A stretch of DNA of 64,000 bases from an uncultured Rickettsiales bacterium (lineage in GTDB: Bacteria; Myxococcota_A; UBA796; UBA9615), in the NCBI GenBank assembly GCA_964416435.1, contig CAYQEG010000006.1, positions 19,216 through 83,215 of the forward strand, in the 5' to 3' direction. The notes beneath the pieces are model-generated. The model saw only the letters and a program-made list of their open reading frames with translations. It was not told where the DNA came from and did not search any database. Of this stretch, positions 22,727 through 32,391 are shown piece after piece. Position 1 is the first letter of the stretch, and each line of letters opens with the position of its first letter. The translations under genes were made by a program, and so were the position numbers.

Positions 22727-24607
22727 TCAGATGCCGATGGACAGGCGCTGGACGCCGCGGCTGTAGGTGAGCCAGTCGAAGATCAGGCGGGTCACCACCA
22801 GGGCCGTGAAGACCGAGGTCAGGATGCCGACCATGAGGGTGACCGCGAAGCCCTTGATGGGGCCCGAGCCGTAGCTGAAGAGCACGGCGCCCGTGATGAA
22901 CGTGGTGATGTTGGCGTCGAGGATGGTCCAGGTCGCCTTCTCGTAGCCCGCCGCGACGGCGGCGCGGACGGACTTGCCGGCCCGCACCTCTTCGCGGATG
23001 CGCTCGTAGATGATGACGTTGGCGTCCACCGCCATGCCGATGGTCAGGATGATGCCGGCGATGCCCGGCAGCGTCAGGGTGGCCCCGAACCCGGCGAGGA
23101 GGGCCAGGAGCAGCACGACGTTGAGCAGCACCGCGACGTTCGCGATGACCCCGGCGCCCCGGTAGTACAGCAGCATGAAGGCGAGGATGATCATGAGGGC
23201 GAGCATCGCCGCCGCCTTACCGGCCTTGATGGAGTCGTCGCCCAGCGTCTTGCCGACGGTGCGGTTGTGCAGGATCTCGATGGGCGCCGGCAGGGCGCCG
23301 GCCTGCAGCACGATCTTGAGGTCGTCGGCGTCCTGGAGGACCCGGGGGTCGTCCGCGTCACCCAGGGTGATGGAGGCGACGCCGTTGGGGATCTTCTCCT
23401 GGAAGACCGGCGCCGAGTTGACGTTCCCGTCCAGGATGATCGCCATGCGCTTGCCGACGTTGTTGCCCGACAGGTCGCTGAAGATGCGCGCCCCCTCGTC
23501 GTCCATCTCCATGCGGACGTAGGGCACGTTGAACTGGTCGCGGGCGACCGACGCGTACTCGACGCGATCACCGGTCATCTCGATCCGCCGGTTGACGATG
23601 TACGGCTCCTGCCGCACGAGCGTCTGGCTCAGCTCGTCGAAGCGCTTCTTGTGGAACACCTCGGCGTCCTCGGGGATCTTGCCGCGGAGCGCCCGGACGA
23701 GCTGCTCGTCGGTGTAGTTCGTGCCCAGGCTGGCCTCCTCGACCGCCTGCGTGACGACGCTCTCGACGCGGCTCTGGGGCCACTCGGACTCCTTGTAGAG
23801 CATGCGGAACTCGAGCTGGGCGGTCTTGCCGACCAGGTCGATGGCGCGCTGGGGGTCATCCAGCCCGGGCAGCTGCACGGTGATGCGGTCGACGCCCTTG
23901 GTCAGGATGAGCGGCTCGGTGACGCCGAACTCGTCGACGCGGTTCCGGATCGTCTCCACCGCCTGGGCGAGCGCGGTGTCCTTGACGTTGTCCGCGTAGT
24001 CCTCCCGCAGCATGTAGATGAGGGCCGAGCTGCCATCGAGGTCGCGCTTGCCGGCGTACACGTAGATGAACGTGTTCTCCTGCACGATCGTGCGGGCCTG
24101 ATCCTGCTTGTCGGGCGCCACGACGATCGCCATGTCGGCGCTGCCATCGATCCGCTGCCCCTCGCACTCGATCTTGGCGTCGACGATCACGTTGCAGATG
24201 TCCGAGGCGCCGCGGTCCGCGGTGGCCTCCAACGCCTTGCGCAGCTCCACCTGCAGCTCCAGGTCGATGCCGCCCTGGAGGTCGAGGCCGAGGTTGAGCT
24301 TGTCCTGGGGGAACATGCCCGCCCAGCCAGGGGCCACCGTGAGCGCGTCGGGCACGCGGTCGATGTCGCCGATGTCGACGTCCGGCGGCGCCTTCGCCAG
24401 GTGATCGTTGAGGGTCTGCTCCGCGGCCGCCTTCTCCTCGGCGCCGAGCGCCGACTCGAACTGGGCCAGGAGCTGCACGCGTCGTGCTTCCCAGGAGGCG
24501 AGCTCGTCGGGGGTGGACCAACCGCCCACCGTCCATACGAGCCACGCGAACGCGGCCAACGCCGCGATCACCGTGCCGCCAAACTTGAACTTCCAGGTTC
24601 CGTCCAT
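22727..24607 (-). CDS. secD: protein translocase subunit SecD
   Basis: A 626-aa protein with an N-terminal TM, a large periplasmic domain and the C-terminal TM bundle. Confidence 0.9.
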   Translation of the reverse strand: MDGTWKFKFGGTVIAALAAFAWLVWTVGGWSTPDELASWEARRVQLLAQFESALGAEEKAAAEQTLNDHLAKAPPDVDIGDIDRVPDALTVAPGWAGMFPQDKLNLGLDLQGGIDLELQVELRKALEATADRGASDICNVIVDAKIECEGQRIDGSADMAIVVAPDKQDQARTIVQENTFIYVYAGKRDLDGSSALIYMLREDYADNVKDTALAQAVETIRNRVDEFGVTEPLILTKGVDRITVQLPGLDDPQRAIDLVGKTAQLEFRMLYKESEWPQSRVESVVTQAVEEASLGTNYTDEQLVRALRGKIPEDAEVFHKKRFDELSQTLVRQEPYIVNRRIEMTGDRVEYASVARDQFNVPYVRMEMDDEGARIFSDLSGNNVGKRMAIILDGNVNSAPVFQEKIPNGVASITLGDADDPRVLQDADDLKIVLQAGALPAPIEILHNRTVGKTLGDDSIKAGKAAAMLALMIILAFMLLYYRGAGVIANVAVLLNVVLLLALLAGFGATLTLPGIAGIILTIGMAVDANVIIYERIREEVRAGKSVRAAVAAGYEKATWTILDANITTFITGAVLFSYGSGPIKGFAVTLMVGILTSVFTALVVTRLIFDWLTYSRGVQRLSIGI

Positions 24608-24619
24608 CAGGTGCTTCCG

Positions 24620-25006
24620 CTACTTCTTCTTGCTGCTGTCGTCTGCGGCCGCATCCCCCGTCGGCGCCTTCGCCGTGGGGTCTCCGACCGTCGCGATCTT
24701 GTCTTTGAGGAATCGAAGCTTCGTGCCCTTGTCGACCTCGACGATCACCACGGCTTCCTCAACCGCCGCGACTTTGCCGAGCATCCCCGACGCTGTCACC
24801 ACCCGATCGCCTTTCTTGAGGCTGGACACCATCGACTGGTGCTTCTGCTGCTGCTTCGCCTGGGGGCGGATCACGAGGAACCACCAGATGGCGACGATGC
24901 TGCCGAAGAACAGCAGCAACTCGAGGCCTCCACCTCCGGGGGCAGCGGGGGCGCCACCCTCCTGGGCGGCGGCGGTTCCGATGAGGAGCTCGAACATGGT
25001 TCCCAT
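24620..25006 (-). CDS. yajC: preprotein translocase subunit YajC
   Basis: Single TM (LLFFGSIVAIWWFLVIRPQ) followed by SLKKGDRVVTASGMLGKV. Confidence 0.85.
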   Translation of the reverse strand: MGTMFELLIGTAAAQEGGAPAAPGGGGLELLLFFGSIVAIWWFLVIRPQAKQQQKHQSMVSSLKKGDRVVTASGMLGKVAAVEEAVVIVEVDKGTKLRFLKDKIATVGDPTAKAPTGDAAADDSSKKK

Positions 25007-25018
25007 TTCCGTCGGTCG

Positions 25019-26170
25019 TCAGACCTTGATCTCAGAGGGGCGGCGTCCCCGATCGTCGCGTCGGCGGGCCGCAGCGAGCAGGTCGCCGAAGGTGCCGTCT
25101 TCGATGGAGGTTCGGATTCGCCGCATCAGGTCGAGGTAGTGGTGCAGGTTGTGGAGGCTGTGCAGGCGCGCCGCGAGGCCGTCACCGGTGGTGTAGAGGT
25201 GCCGGAGGTAGGCCTTGCTGAAGCGCTGGCAGACGGGGCAGCCGCAGTCCGGGTCGATCGGCCCGTCATCGTTCTTCCAGCGCGCGTGCTTGATGATCAC
25301 CCTTCCTGCGGAAGTGAAGAGGTTGCCGTTGCGGGCGTTGCGGGTCGGGAGGACGCAGTCGAAGAGGTCGATGCCGGCGGCAACGGCCTCGACGATGTCC
25401 TCGGGGTATCCGACGCCCATGAGGTATCGAGGTTTGCCCCCCGGTAGCCGCGGGGCGGCGAACCCTACCACCTTCCTCATGGCTTCGGGCGACTCCCCCA
25501 CGGAAAGGCCACCGAGCGCCAGACCGTCGAACGGAAGCGCTGCCATGCGCTCCGTGCACTCGGCCCGGAAGTCCTCTTCCAGGCCCCCCTGCACGATGCC
25601 GAAGAGCGCCGGCCCGGCGACGTCGTCCCGGGGCACCGACAGGGCCCGTTCGGCCCACGCCAGGGAGCGGTCCATCGCCGCTCGAATCGCCTTGCGGGTG
25701 CCCGGCAGCGGCGGGCAGTCGTCGAGCACCATGCCGACGTCGACCCCCATGTCGATCTGGGCCCGCACCGTCGACTCGGGCGTCATGCGCACCGGGTCGC
25801 CGTTCCAGGGGTTCTTGAAGCTCACGCCGTCGTCGTCGACCCGGCACTTGTCCGACATCGAGAAGACCTGGAAGCCGCCGCTGTCGACCAGGATCGGCTT
25901 GTCCCAGGCCATGAACCGGTTCAGCCCGCCCAGCTCCCGGATCTGCTCGGTGCCGGGCCGGCAGATGCAGTGGAACGTGTTGGACAGGATGATGTCGCTG
26001 CCGAGGGACTCCAGCTCCCAGGGGGTCACCCCCCGCACCGCGGCGTGCGTGCCGACCGGCATGAACGCAGGCGTCTGGACCTGCCCGTGAGGCAGGCCCA
26101 GGACCCCGCGTCGGGCCTCGGTCGCCGCGTCGCGCGCGACGACCTCAAAGGAGGAGCATCGCGTCGCCAT
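25019..26170 (-). CDS. tgt: queuine tRNA-ribosyltransferase
   Basis: TPAFMPVGT, ILVDSGGFQ and zinc site CxCxxC...H (CGCPVCQ...HLY). Confidence 0.9.
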   Translation of the reverse strand: MATRCSSFEVVARDAATEARRGVLGLPHGQVQTPAFMPVGTHAAVRGVTPWELESLGSDIILSNTFHCICRPGTEQIRELGGLNRFMAWDKPILVDSGGFQVFSMSDKCRVDDDGVSFKNPWNGDPVRMTPESTVRAQIDMGVDVGMVLDDCPPLPGTRKAIRAAMDRSLAWAERALSVPRDDVAGPALFGIVQGGLEEDFRAECTERMAALPFDGLALGGLSVGESPEAMRKVVGFAAPRLPGGKPRYLMGVGYPEDIVEAVAAGIDLFDCVLPTRNARNGNLFTSAGRVIIKHARWKNDDGPIDPDCGCPVCQRFSKAYLRHLYTTGDGLAARLHSLHNLHHYLDLMRRIRTSIEDGTFGDLLAAARRRDDRGRRPSEIKV

Positions 26171-27212
26171 AGCTGTAGAAGCGGTACCCGAGGTCCGCCG
26201 CCCGGGCGTACAGGTCGAGGATGCGGCGTCGTCCGACGAAGGCGGCGACGAGCATCACGAGCGAGCTGCCCGGCAGGTGCAGGTTGGTGAGCAGCGACAT
26301 GGCCAGGGTGGGCCGGTCGCCGGGGTGGAGGAAGAGGCGGGTGCTGCGCCAGGCGCCGTCGGTGGGGCGGCCGCAGCGGTGCCAGGACTCGAGGGTTCTG
26401 CACGACGTGGTGCCGACGGCGAGCAGGCGCCCTCCCCTGGCCTCGCACGCGGCGATCGCCTCGGCCGTCTCGGGGGGGACCGACCAGCGCTCGGCGTGGA
26501 GCTCCACCTCCGACAGGCGCTCCCCCCGCACCGGCAGGAAGGTGCCGAGCCCGACCTGCAGCGTGGTGCGCGCGACCTGCACGCCCTTCGCGTCGAGGCG
26601 GGCGAGCACGTCGGGGGTGAAGTGCAGCCCCGCGGTCGGCGCAGCCACCGCGCCCTGCCGCTCGGCGTACACCGTCTGGTAGCGCTCCCGGTCGAGGTCC
26701 AGCGGTCCGTCGCTGCGGTCGATGTAGGGCGGGAGCGGCATCTCGCCGAACCGTTCGACGGCGTCCTCGGGAATGCCGGTGACGCGGCGGAGGCCGCCCG
26801 ACAGCGGCTCGTCGATGACGATCCGGGGGCCCGGCTCGCCGTCGCTCCGCCGCTCGAGGGTCACCGCAGTGCCCGGTCGGAGTCGGGCCGACGGCTTGAC
26901 CATGGCGCTCCAGTCGCCGTCGGTGAGGGGGTCGACGAGGAGGATGCGGACGGCGCCGCCGGTGACCTTGCGGGCGGTCAGGCGAGCCGGCAGCACGCGC
27001 GCGTCGTTCACCACGAGGAGGTCCCCGGCCTTCAGGTGGCTCGGCAGGTCGACGAAGGCGCCGTCGGACCAGCCGTCGCCGGCGACCACCAACATCCGGC
27101 CGGCGTCCCGGGCGTCGGGCGGGCGCTGGGCGATCCGGTCGGACGGCAGGTCGAACGAGTAGGCGTCGACCCGGTCGTCGTCGTGGTCGGTCATGGCGGG
27201 GGCGGCGGACAT
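26145..27212 (-). CDS. queA: S-adenosylmethionine:tRNA ribosyltransferase-isomerase
   Basis: The 355-aa protein has the conserved LPPYI and TAGLHFT blocks. It overlaps tgt by 26 bp. The queA-tgt-yajC-secD-secF order is conserved. Confidence 0.9.
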   Translation of the reverse strand: MSAAPAMTDHDDDRVDAYSFDLPSDRIAQRPPDARDAGRMLVVAGDGWSDGAFVDLPSHLKAGDLLVVNDARVLPARLTARKVTGGAVRILLVDPLTDGDWSAMVKPSARLRPGTAVTLERRSDGEPGPRIVIDEPLSGGLRRVTGIPEDAVERFGEMPLPPYIDRSDGPLDLDRERYQTVYAERQGAVAAPTAGLHFTPDVLARLDAKGVQVARTTLQVGLGTFLPVRGERLSEVELHAERWSVPPETAEAIAACEARGGRLLAVGTTSCRTLESWHRCGRPTDGAWRSTRLFLHPGDRPTLAMSLLTNLHLPGSSLVMLVAAFVGRRRILDLYARAADLGYRFYSYGDAMLLL

Positions 27213-27278
27213 CGAGCCGCCGCTAACTAGGGCACCGCAGGGTGTGTGTCAACGGCGAGCGTGCTGCATACTCGCCCC

Positions 27279-28958
27279 ATGAAGGTCGCCCTGGCCCAGA
27301 TCGACACCACCGTCGGCGCGGTGCGCAGCAACTCCGAGCGCATCGCCGCCGCCTATCGCGAGGCCCGGTCCCTCGGCGCCGAGCTGGTGATCACGCCCGA
27401 GCTCGCGGTCGAGGGGTACCCCCCGCGAGACCTGCTGGAGCGGCCCGCGTTCGTCCGGGCGTGCGCCCGCCAGCTGGCCGAGCTGGCCGAGCTCACGGCC
27501 GACGGCGGGGGCTTGATCGTCGGCACCGTCGAGCGAGCGGACGGCGACGTCGGCAAGGCGGTGCACAACGGAGCGGCGCTCCTCAGCGACGGCCGCCTCC
27601 AGGCGCGCTTCCGCAAGAGCCTGCTGCCGACCTACGACGTCTTCGACGAGACCCGCTACTTCCGCCCGGCCCGGCCCGAGCAGGTCGCCCCGGTCACCTG
27701 GCGGGGGCTGCGGCTGGGCGTGACCATCTGCGAGGACGTCTGGAACGACGCCGACTTCTGGGCCCACCGGCTGTACGACTTCGACCCGGCCGAGCAGCTG
27801 GTCGCGGCCGGCGTGGACGTGCTGTTCAACCTGTCGGCGTCGCCGTTCCACCTGGGCAAGCAGCACCTCCGACGCAGCATGCTCGGCACCCTCGCCCGCG
27901 ACTCCGGCGTCCCGGTGCTCCATTGCAACCTGGTCGGCGGCAACGACGAGCTGGTGTTCGACGGCGCCAGCTTCGTCGCGTGGCCCGACGGCACGATCCG
28001 CGGCGCGGCCGGCTCGTTCGTCGAAGACCTGCTCCTCGTCGACCTCGACGACCCCGACGACGCGCTGGCCGTCGCCGGTCCCACCTCCCCCGAGGAGGCG
28101 GCGGTCGAGGCGATCACCCTGGGGATCCGGGACTACTTCGGGAAGTGCGGCTTCTCGCGGGCGGTCATCGGACTGAGCGGCGGGATCGACTCGGCGCTCA
28201 CGGCCGCGCTCGCCGTCCGGGCCCTGGGGGCCGGCCAGGTGACCGGCATCACCATGCCGTCGCGGTACTCCAGCGGGGGCTCCGTCGACGACTCACGGGC
28301 CCTCGCCGACGCGCTGGGGATCCCCCTGCACGTCGTGCCCATCGAGCGGGCTCACGCCGCCTACGTCGACATGCTCTCGGACTTGTGGGCGGACGCGGGA
28401 GAAGACCGGTCGACCACCGGCATCACCGACCAGAACCTCCAGGCGCGGGCGCGCGGGAACATCCTGATGGCGTGGTCCAACCGGTTCGGGGCGCTGGTGC
28501 TCTCCACCGGCAACAAGTCGGAGCTCGCGGTCGGCTACTGCACGCTGTACGGGGACATGGCCGGCGGCCTGGCCGTGATCTCGGACCTCCCCAAGACGTT
28601 CGTCTACAGCGTCGCGCGCTGGCTCAACGAGCACGAGGGGGCCGGCATCCCGCAGGACACGCTCACCAAGCCGCCGTCCGCAGAGCTCGCCCCGGACCAG
28701 AAGGACACCGACTCGCTGCCGCCCTACGACGTGCTCGACGCGGTCCTCCACGGGTACCTGGAGGAGGCGCGGTCGGTGGACGAACTGATCGCCGACGGCG
28801 TGGCGGACGCGGCGACGATCCGCCGCATCGTCGGCCTGGTCGATCGCAACGAGTACAAGCGACGCCAGGCGGCGCCGGGCATCAAGGTGACGAGCAAGGC
28901 GTTCGGGCAGGGACGGCGCTTCCCCGTGGCGGCTCGGCTGGAGCACCACGGGGGCTGA
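27279..28958 (+). CDS. nadE: glutamine-dependent NAD+ synthetase (nitrilase domain plus NAD synthetase domain)
   Basis: MKVALAQID (CN-hydrolase start) and a C-terminal PP-loop SGGIDSAL. An alternative upstream GTG start at 27246 is listed in the track. Confidence 0.9.
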   Translation: MKVALAQIDTTVGAVRSNSERIAAAYREARSLGAELVITPELAVEGYPPRDLLERPAFVRACARQLAELAELTADGGGLIVGTVERADGDVGKAVHNGAALLSDGRLQARFRKSLLPTYDVFDETRYFRPARPEQVAPVTWRGLRLGVTICEDVWNDADFWAHRLYDFDPAEQLVAAGVDVLFNLSASPFHLGKQHLRRSMLGTLARDSGVPVLHCNLVGGNDELVFDGASFVAWPDGTIRGAAGSFVEDLLLVDLDDPDDALAVAGPTSPEEAAVEAITLGIRDYFGKCGFSRAVIGLSGGIDSALTAALAVRALGAGQVTGITMPSRYSSGGSVDDSRALADALGIPLHVVPIERAHAAYVDMLSDLWADAGEDRSTTGITDQNLQARARGNILMAWSNRFGALVLSTGNKSELAVGYCTLYGDMAGGLAVISDLPKTFVYSVARWLNEHEGAGIPQDTLTKPPSAELAPDQKDTDSLPPYDVLDAVLHGYLEEARSVDELIADGVADAATIRRIVGLVDRNEYKRRQAAPGIKVTSKAFGQGRRFPVAARLEHHGG

Positions 28959-28959
28959 A

Positions 28960-29145
28960 TCAGTCTTCGTCCTTGGACCGGTTGGACTGCTTGCGTGCCT
29001 CTTCGACGGGGATGCGCAACAGCGGGACCTCACGCGGCGCGTCGATACACAGGCGAACCCAGTTCCCCTTGACGCGCTTGATGTAGATCTTGATGTCGTC
29101 GCCGATCTGGAGGATCTCCCCCTCTTTCTGGGTCAGGACAAGCAC
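28960..29145 (-). CDS. csrA: carbon storage regulator CsrA homolog
   Basis: The 61-aa protein MLVLTQKEGEILQIGDDIKIYIKRVKGNWVRLCIDAPREVPLLR closely matches CsrA (MLILTRKVGE..IGDDI...GIDAP). It has a GTG start. Its stop is 1 bp from the convergent nadE stop. Confidence 0.8.
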   Translation of the reverse strand: MLVLTQKEGEILQIGDDIKIYIKRVKGNWVRLCIDAPREVPLLRIPVEEARKQSNRSKDED

Positions 29146-29190
29146 TCGCTAGTCATACCCCAACCCCCGGGGTTTGTCCCAATCGGAGGC

Positions 29191-30027
29191 TCAGGCGTCC
29201 CCTGCCCCCGCGTCGGCGTCCGCCGCCTCCTCCTCGGCCCGCTGCAGCTCCTTGGGCGACTTGTACCCGGACTTCTGGGCGAAGCCCTCGAACGCGCGCA
29301 GCAGCTCGATCGGGATCGGGAGCACTACCGTCGAGTTCTTCTCGGCGGAGACCTCGACGAGGGTCTGCAGGAAGCGCAGCTGGATGGCGGTCGGCTCCTC
29401 CGCCATCTTGATCGCCGCGTCCGTGAGCTTGACCGAGGCCTGGAACTCACCGTCGGCGGCGATGACCTTGGCGCGGCGCTCACGCTCGGCCTCGGCCTGC
29501 TTCGCCATCGCCCGCTGCATGCTCGAGGGCAGGTCGATGTGCTTGAGCTCGACCTGGGAGACCTTGATGCCCCAGGCGTCGGTCGCCTCGTCGAGCAGGA
29601 GCTGCAGCTTGTCGTTGATCTGCTCCCGGTCGCTCAGCAGCTCGTCCAGCTCCGCCTCGCCCGCGACCGACCGGAGCGTCGTCTGGGCGAGCTGGCTGGT
29701 CGCGTAGAGGAAGTTCTCGATCTCGATGACCGCCTTGTCCGGGGCCATGACCCGGAAGTAGACGACCGCGTTGATCTGGATCGAGACGTTGTCCCGGGTG
29801 ATCACGTCCTGCGGGGGGATGTCGAGGGTCACGACCCGCATCGAGATCCGGACCATGCGCTCCAGGCCGGGGATCAGCAGGACCAGGCCGGGGCCACGCA
29901 CGCCGACGAAGCGGCCGAGCCGGAACACGACCGCTCGCTCGTACTCACGGAGGACCTTGAAGGCGCTGAACAGGACGAGCCCGGCGAACACCATCGCGGC
30001 GACGCCCAACTGGATGAGGATCTCCAT
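29191..30027 (-). CDS. SPFH/band-7 (stomatin-like, QmcA/YbbK-type) membrane protein
   Basis: An N-terminal TM, an SPFH domain and a C-terminal coiled coil with an acidic tail. Confidence 0.85.
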   Translation of the reverse strand: MEILIQLGVAAMVFAGLVLFSAFKVLREYERAVVFRLGRFVGVRGPGLVLLIPGLERMVRISMRVVTLDIPPQDVITRDNVSIQINAVVYFRVMAPDKAVIEIENFLYATSQLAQTTLRSVAGEAELDELLSDREQINDKLQLLLDEATDAWGIKVSQVELKHIDLPSSMQRAMAKQAEAERERRAKVIAADGEFQASVKLTDAAIKMAEEPTAIQLRFLQTLVEVSAEKNSTVVLPIPIELLRAFEGFAQKSGYKSPKELQRAEEEAADADAGAGDA

Positions 30028-30030
30028 CGT

Positions 30031-31464
30031 CTACTCCTTGCCGGAGGTCGGAGAGACCTCCAACAGCATGCCGTCGATCTGTCGAACGACGACCTTTTGG
30101 CCCTTGGCCAGGGGTACGGTCGACCACGCCTGCCAGCGCTCGCTCTGCACGAACACCTGCCCGTACACGTCGTCGCCACCGGGGATGTCTCGGGTGACGC
30201 GGCCGCGCGCGCCGACGATGCCTTCACCGCCGGTGTGCACCTTGCGTTCGCGGTCGCGGAGCACCAGCCACCCGATCAGCAGACCGAGCAACAGCGCCAG
30301 CAGGGCGACCACCCCGACGACGGCTGGCTCGACTCCCACGGGCACCTCCGGTGTCTCTTCGACGAGGAACAGCCCGCCGAACGCGAGGGACGCTACGCCC
30401 CCCACTGTCATCAGTCCATAGCTCGGCACGAAGAAGTCGGCGATGACCAGACCCGTCCCGATGAGGACGAACAGGAGGGCGACGAGGTTGACCGGCAGGG
30501 CGTTCAGGCTGAACAGGGCCAGCAACAGCGCGATCGCCCCGAAGATGCCGGGCACGAACAGGCCGGGGCTGCGGAACTCGATGCCGAGGCCGAGCAGGCC
30601 CGCCATGAGCAGGAGGTAGGCGACGGTGGGGTCCGTGAGCAGGTACAGGACGCGGTGTTCGGTCCGCATCTCCTGCTCGACTCGCTTGCCGCTCGTGTTG
30701 AGGACCAGCCGCCGCCCGTCGGCGAGCTCCACGACTCGCCCGTTGATCGCGTCGAGCAGCGCGTCGACGTTCGGGGCGACCAGGTCGACGACCCCCTGCT
30801 CGACCGCGTCCTCTTCTTCGATGGTGACGCTGTCCCGAACCGCTCGTTCGCCCCAGTCGGCGTTCCGACCGCGAAGCTCGGCGATGTTGCGGATGAACGA
30901 GACGGTGTCCTCGGTCACCTTGTCGAGCATCGCCGCCTGGGAGTCCTTGGCGGCCTGGCCACGCTGACCAGCGTCCTTCTCTTCTTCGTCATCGCCGACG
31001 GGAGGCCCCATGAAGACCGGGTGTGCCGCCCCTGTGTGGGTCCCGGGGGCCATGGCCGCGACGTGGCCGGCCATCGTGATGAACACCCCGGCGGACGCCG
31101 CGCGGGAGCCCGACGGCCCGACGTAGGTGATGATCGGCACGTCGCTGGCGAGCATGTCTTTGACCAACAGCCGGGTCTCTTCGAGCACCCCGCCGGGCGT
31201 GTCGATGACGATCACGATGGCGCGCACCTCGTCGTCGGCCTGCGCCCTGGAGATCACCTCGCGCAGCCAGGTGCCGCTGCCGCGGTTGATCATCAGCGCT
31301 TCGAGCCGAACGATGAGCACCGTGCCCGGACCCGGGTCTTCGGCCGGGGTCAGGGCCGGGGTCGCCTCTTCGGCCCCGGGGGCGGAGTCATCGTCGTCGG
31401 CCAACCCCGCGGTGGGGCCGAGCAGCGCCAACGCCAGCAGGACCGAGGCGAGCAGCCGGCTCAT
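30031..31464 (-). CDS. NfeD-family membrane-bound ClpP-class serine protease (stomatin operon partner)
   Basis: It starts at the internal Met MSRLLASVLLALALLGPTAG. The ClpP-like domain is IVIDTPGG...ITYVGPSGSRAASAGVFI, with C-terminal TM helices and an OB-fold tail. The track's 188 upstream codons are rejected. Confidence 0.85.
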   Translation of the reverse strand: MSRLLASVLLALALLGPTAGLADDDDSAPGAEEATPALTPAEDPGPGTVLIVRLEALMINRGSGTWLREVISRAQADDEVRAIVIVIDTPGGVLEETRLLVKDMLASDVPIITYVGPSGSRAASAGVFITMAGHVAAMAPGTHTGAAHPVFMGPPVGDDEEEKDAGQRGQAAKDSQAAMLDKVTEDTVSFIRNIAELRGRNADWGERAVRDSVTIEEEDAVEQGVVDLVAPNVDALLDAINGRVVELADGRRLVLNTSGKRVEQEMRTEHRVLYLLTDPTVAYLLLMAGLLGLGIEFRSPGLFVPGIFGAIALLLALFSLNALPVNLVALLFVLIGTGLVIADFFVPSYGLMTVGGVASLAFGGLFLVEETPEVPVGVEPAVVGVVALLALLLGLLIGWLVLRDRERKVHTGGEGIVGARGRVTRDIPGGDDVYGQVFVQSERWQAWSTVPLAKGQKVVVRQIDGMLLEVSPTSGKE

Positions 31465-32312
31465 CGGCTCCGCGCCTTGTTGCCGGCGACGATGGGGGGC
31501 AGCTCCCGCCCCGTCCGCTCCGCGAACTCCTTGCGAACCAGCTTCATGTCTTCGAACACCTTCCGCTTGTCCTCCGGATTCCGCAGGAGGTACGCGGGGT
31601 GATACGTAGGTACGAGCACCGCGTTGCGGAAGGGGTGGGCGCGTCCGCGGAGCCGGCCGACCGAGTTGCTCGTCTCCAGGAGCGTCTGGATGGCGAACCG
31701 ACCGAGCCCGACCACGACCGCGGGCTGGATGGCGTCCAGCTGCCTCCACAGGAACGGGGAGCAGGTCGCCACCTCGTCCGGCTCGGGGTCCCGGTTGTTG
31801 GGGGGGCGGCACTTCACGACGTTGCAGATGTAGACGTCGTCCCGGCTCAGCCGGAGCACGTTGGTGATGATCCGGTCCAGCAGCTCGCCCGCCTTGCCGA
31901 CGAACGGCTCCCCCTTGCGGTCCTCGTTGTATCCCGGCCCCTCCCCGACGAAGACGATGTCGGCTTCGGGGTTGCCGACGCCGAACACGAGGTTGTTGCG
32001 GCCCCGGTGGAGCTTGCAGCGGGTGCATCCCTGCAGGTGCTCGTCCAGGAGCGTGAGGCGGGCCGCCGGGGTCGCCGGCGCTGCGGGCGGGGGGGGCGGG
32101 GGGGCCCGGGGGGGGGGGGGGGCCCGGGGGGGGGGGGGGGCGGGCCCGGGGGCGGGGCGCGCCCCCGGGGGGCGGCGGGGGGGGCCGGCGGGGGCTTCGC
32201 CACGGGGGCCGGACGAGCGGGGCGCCTGTCCGGCGGCGGCTCGGGTCCCGCCGCGACCTCGGGGGGAAGGGTGGTCTGCGGCGCCGGCGCGGTGGCCGTT
32301 CGCGCGTGCCAC
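31461..32312 (-). CDS. uracil-DNA glycosylase, family 4, with Pro-rich N-terminal extension of uncertain reality
   Basis: The core LDEHLQGCTRCKLHRGRNNLVFGVGNPEADIVFVGEGPGYNEDRKGEPFVGKAGELL is typical of the family-4 UDG 4Fe-4S type. The only in-frame canonical start is GTG at 32312, which gives about 90 Pro/Ala/Arg-rich residues encoded by a poly-C tract. There is an ATGA overlap with nfeD. Confidence 0.65.
   Translation of the reverse strand: MARANGHRAGAADHPSPRGRGGTRAAAGQAPRSSGPRGEAPAGPPRRPPGARPAPGPAPPPPRAPPPPRAPPPPPPAAPATPAARLTLLDEHLQGCTRCKLHRGRNNLVFGVGNPEADIVFVGEGPGYNEDRKGEPFVGKAGELLDRIITNVLRLSRDDVYICNVVKCRPPNNRDPEPDEVATCSPFLWRQLDAIQPAVVVGLGRFAIQTLLETSNSVGRLRGRAHPFRNAVLVPTYHPAYLLRNPEDKRKVFEDMKLVRKEFAERTGRELPPIVAGNKARSR
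32085..32200. repeat. poly-G / poly-C homopolymer-rich tract with duplicated GCCCGGGGGGGGGGGGG unit
   Basis: The sequence shows directly gggcggggggggcgggggggcccggggggggggggggcccggggggggggggggcgggcccggggg.... On the coding (minus) strand it encodes PPPPRAPPPPRAPPPPPP. Confidence 0.9.
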
Positions 32313-32391
32313 CCCGCGTGGCTCTGCAGCCAGGTCTTCAGGTCCGCGCTGAGGGCGGCCAGCTCTTCGTGCACGTCGGGTTCCTGGGACG

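Noticed and set aside
22358-25447. 1029-aa plus-strand ORF
   Set aside because: It is antisense to secF/secD/yajC/tgt. It is Gly/Arg/Asp-rich with no motifs.
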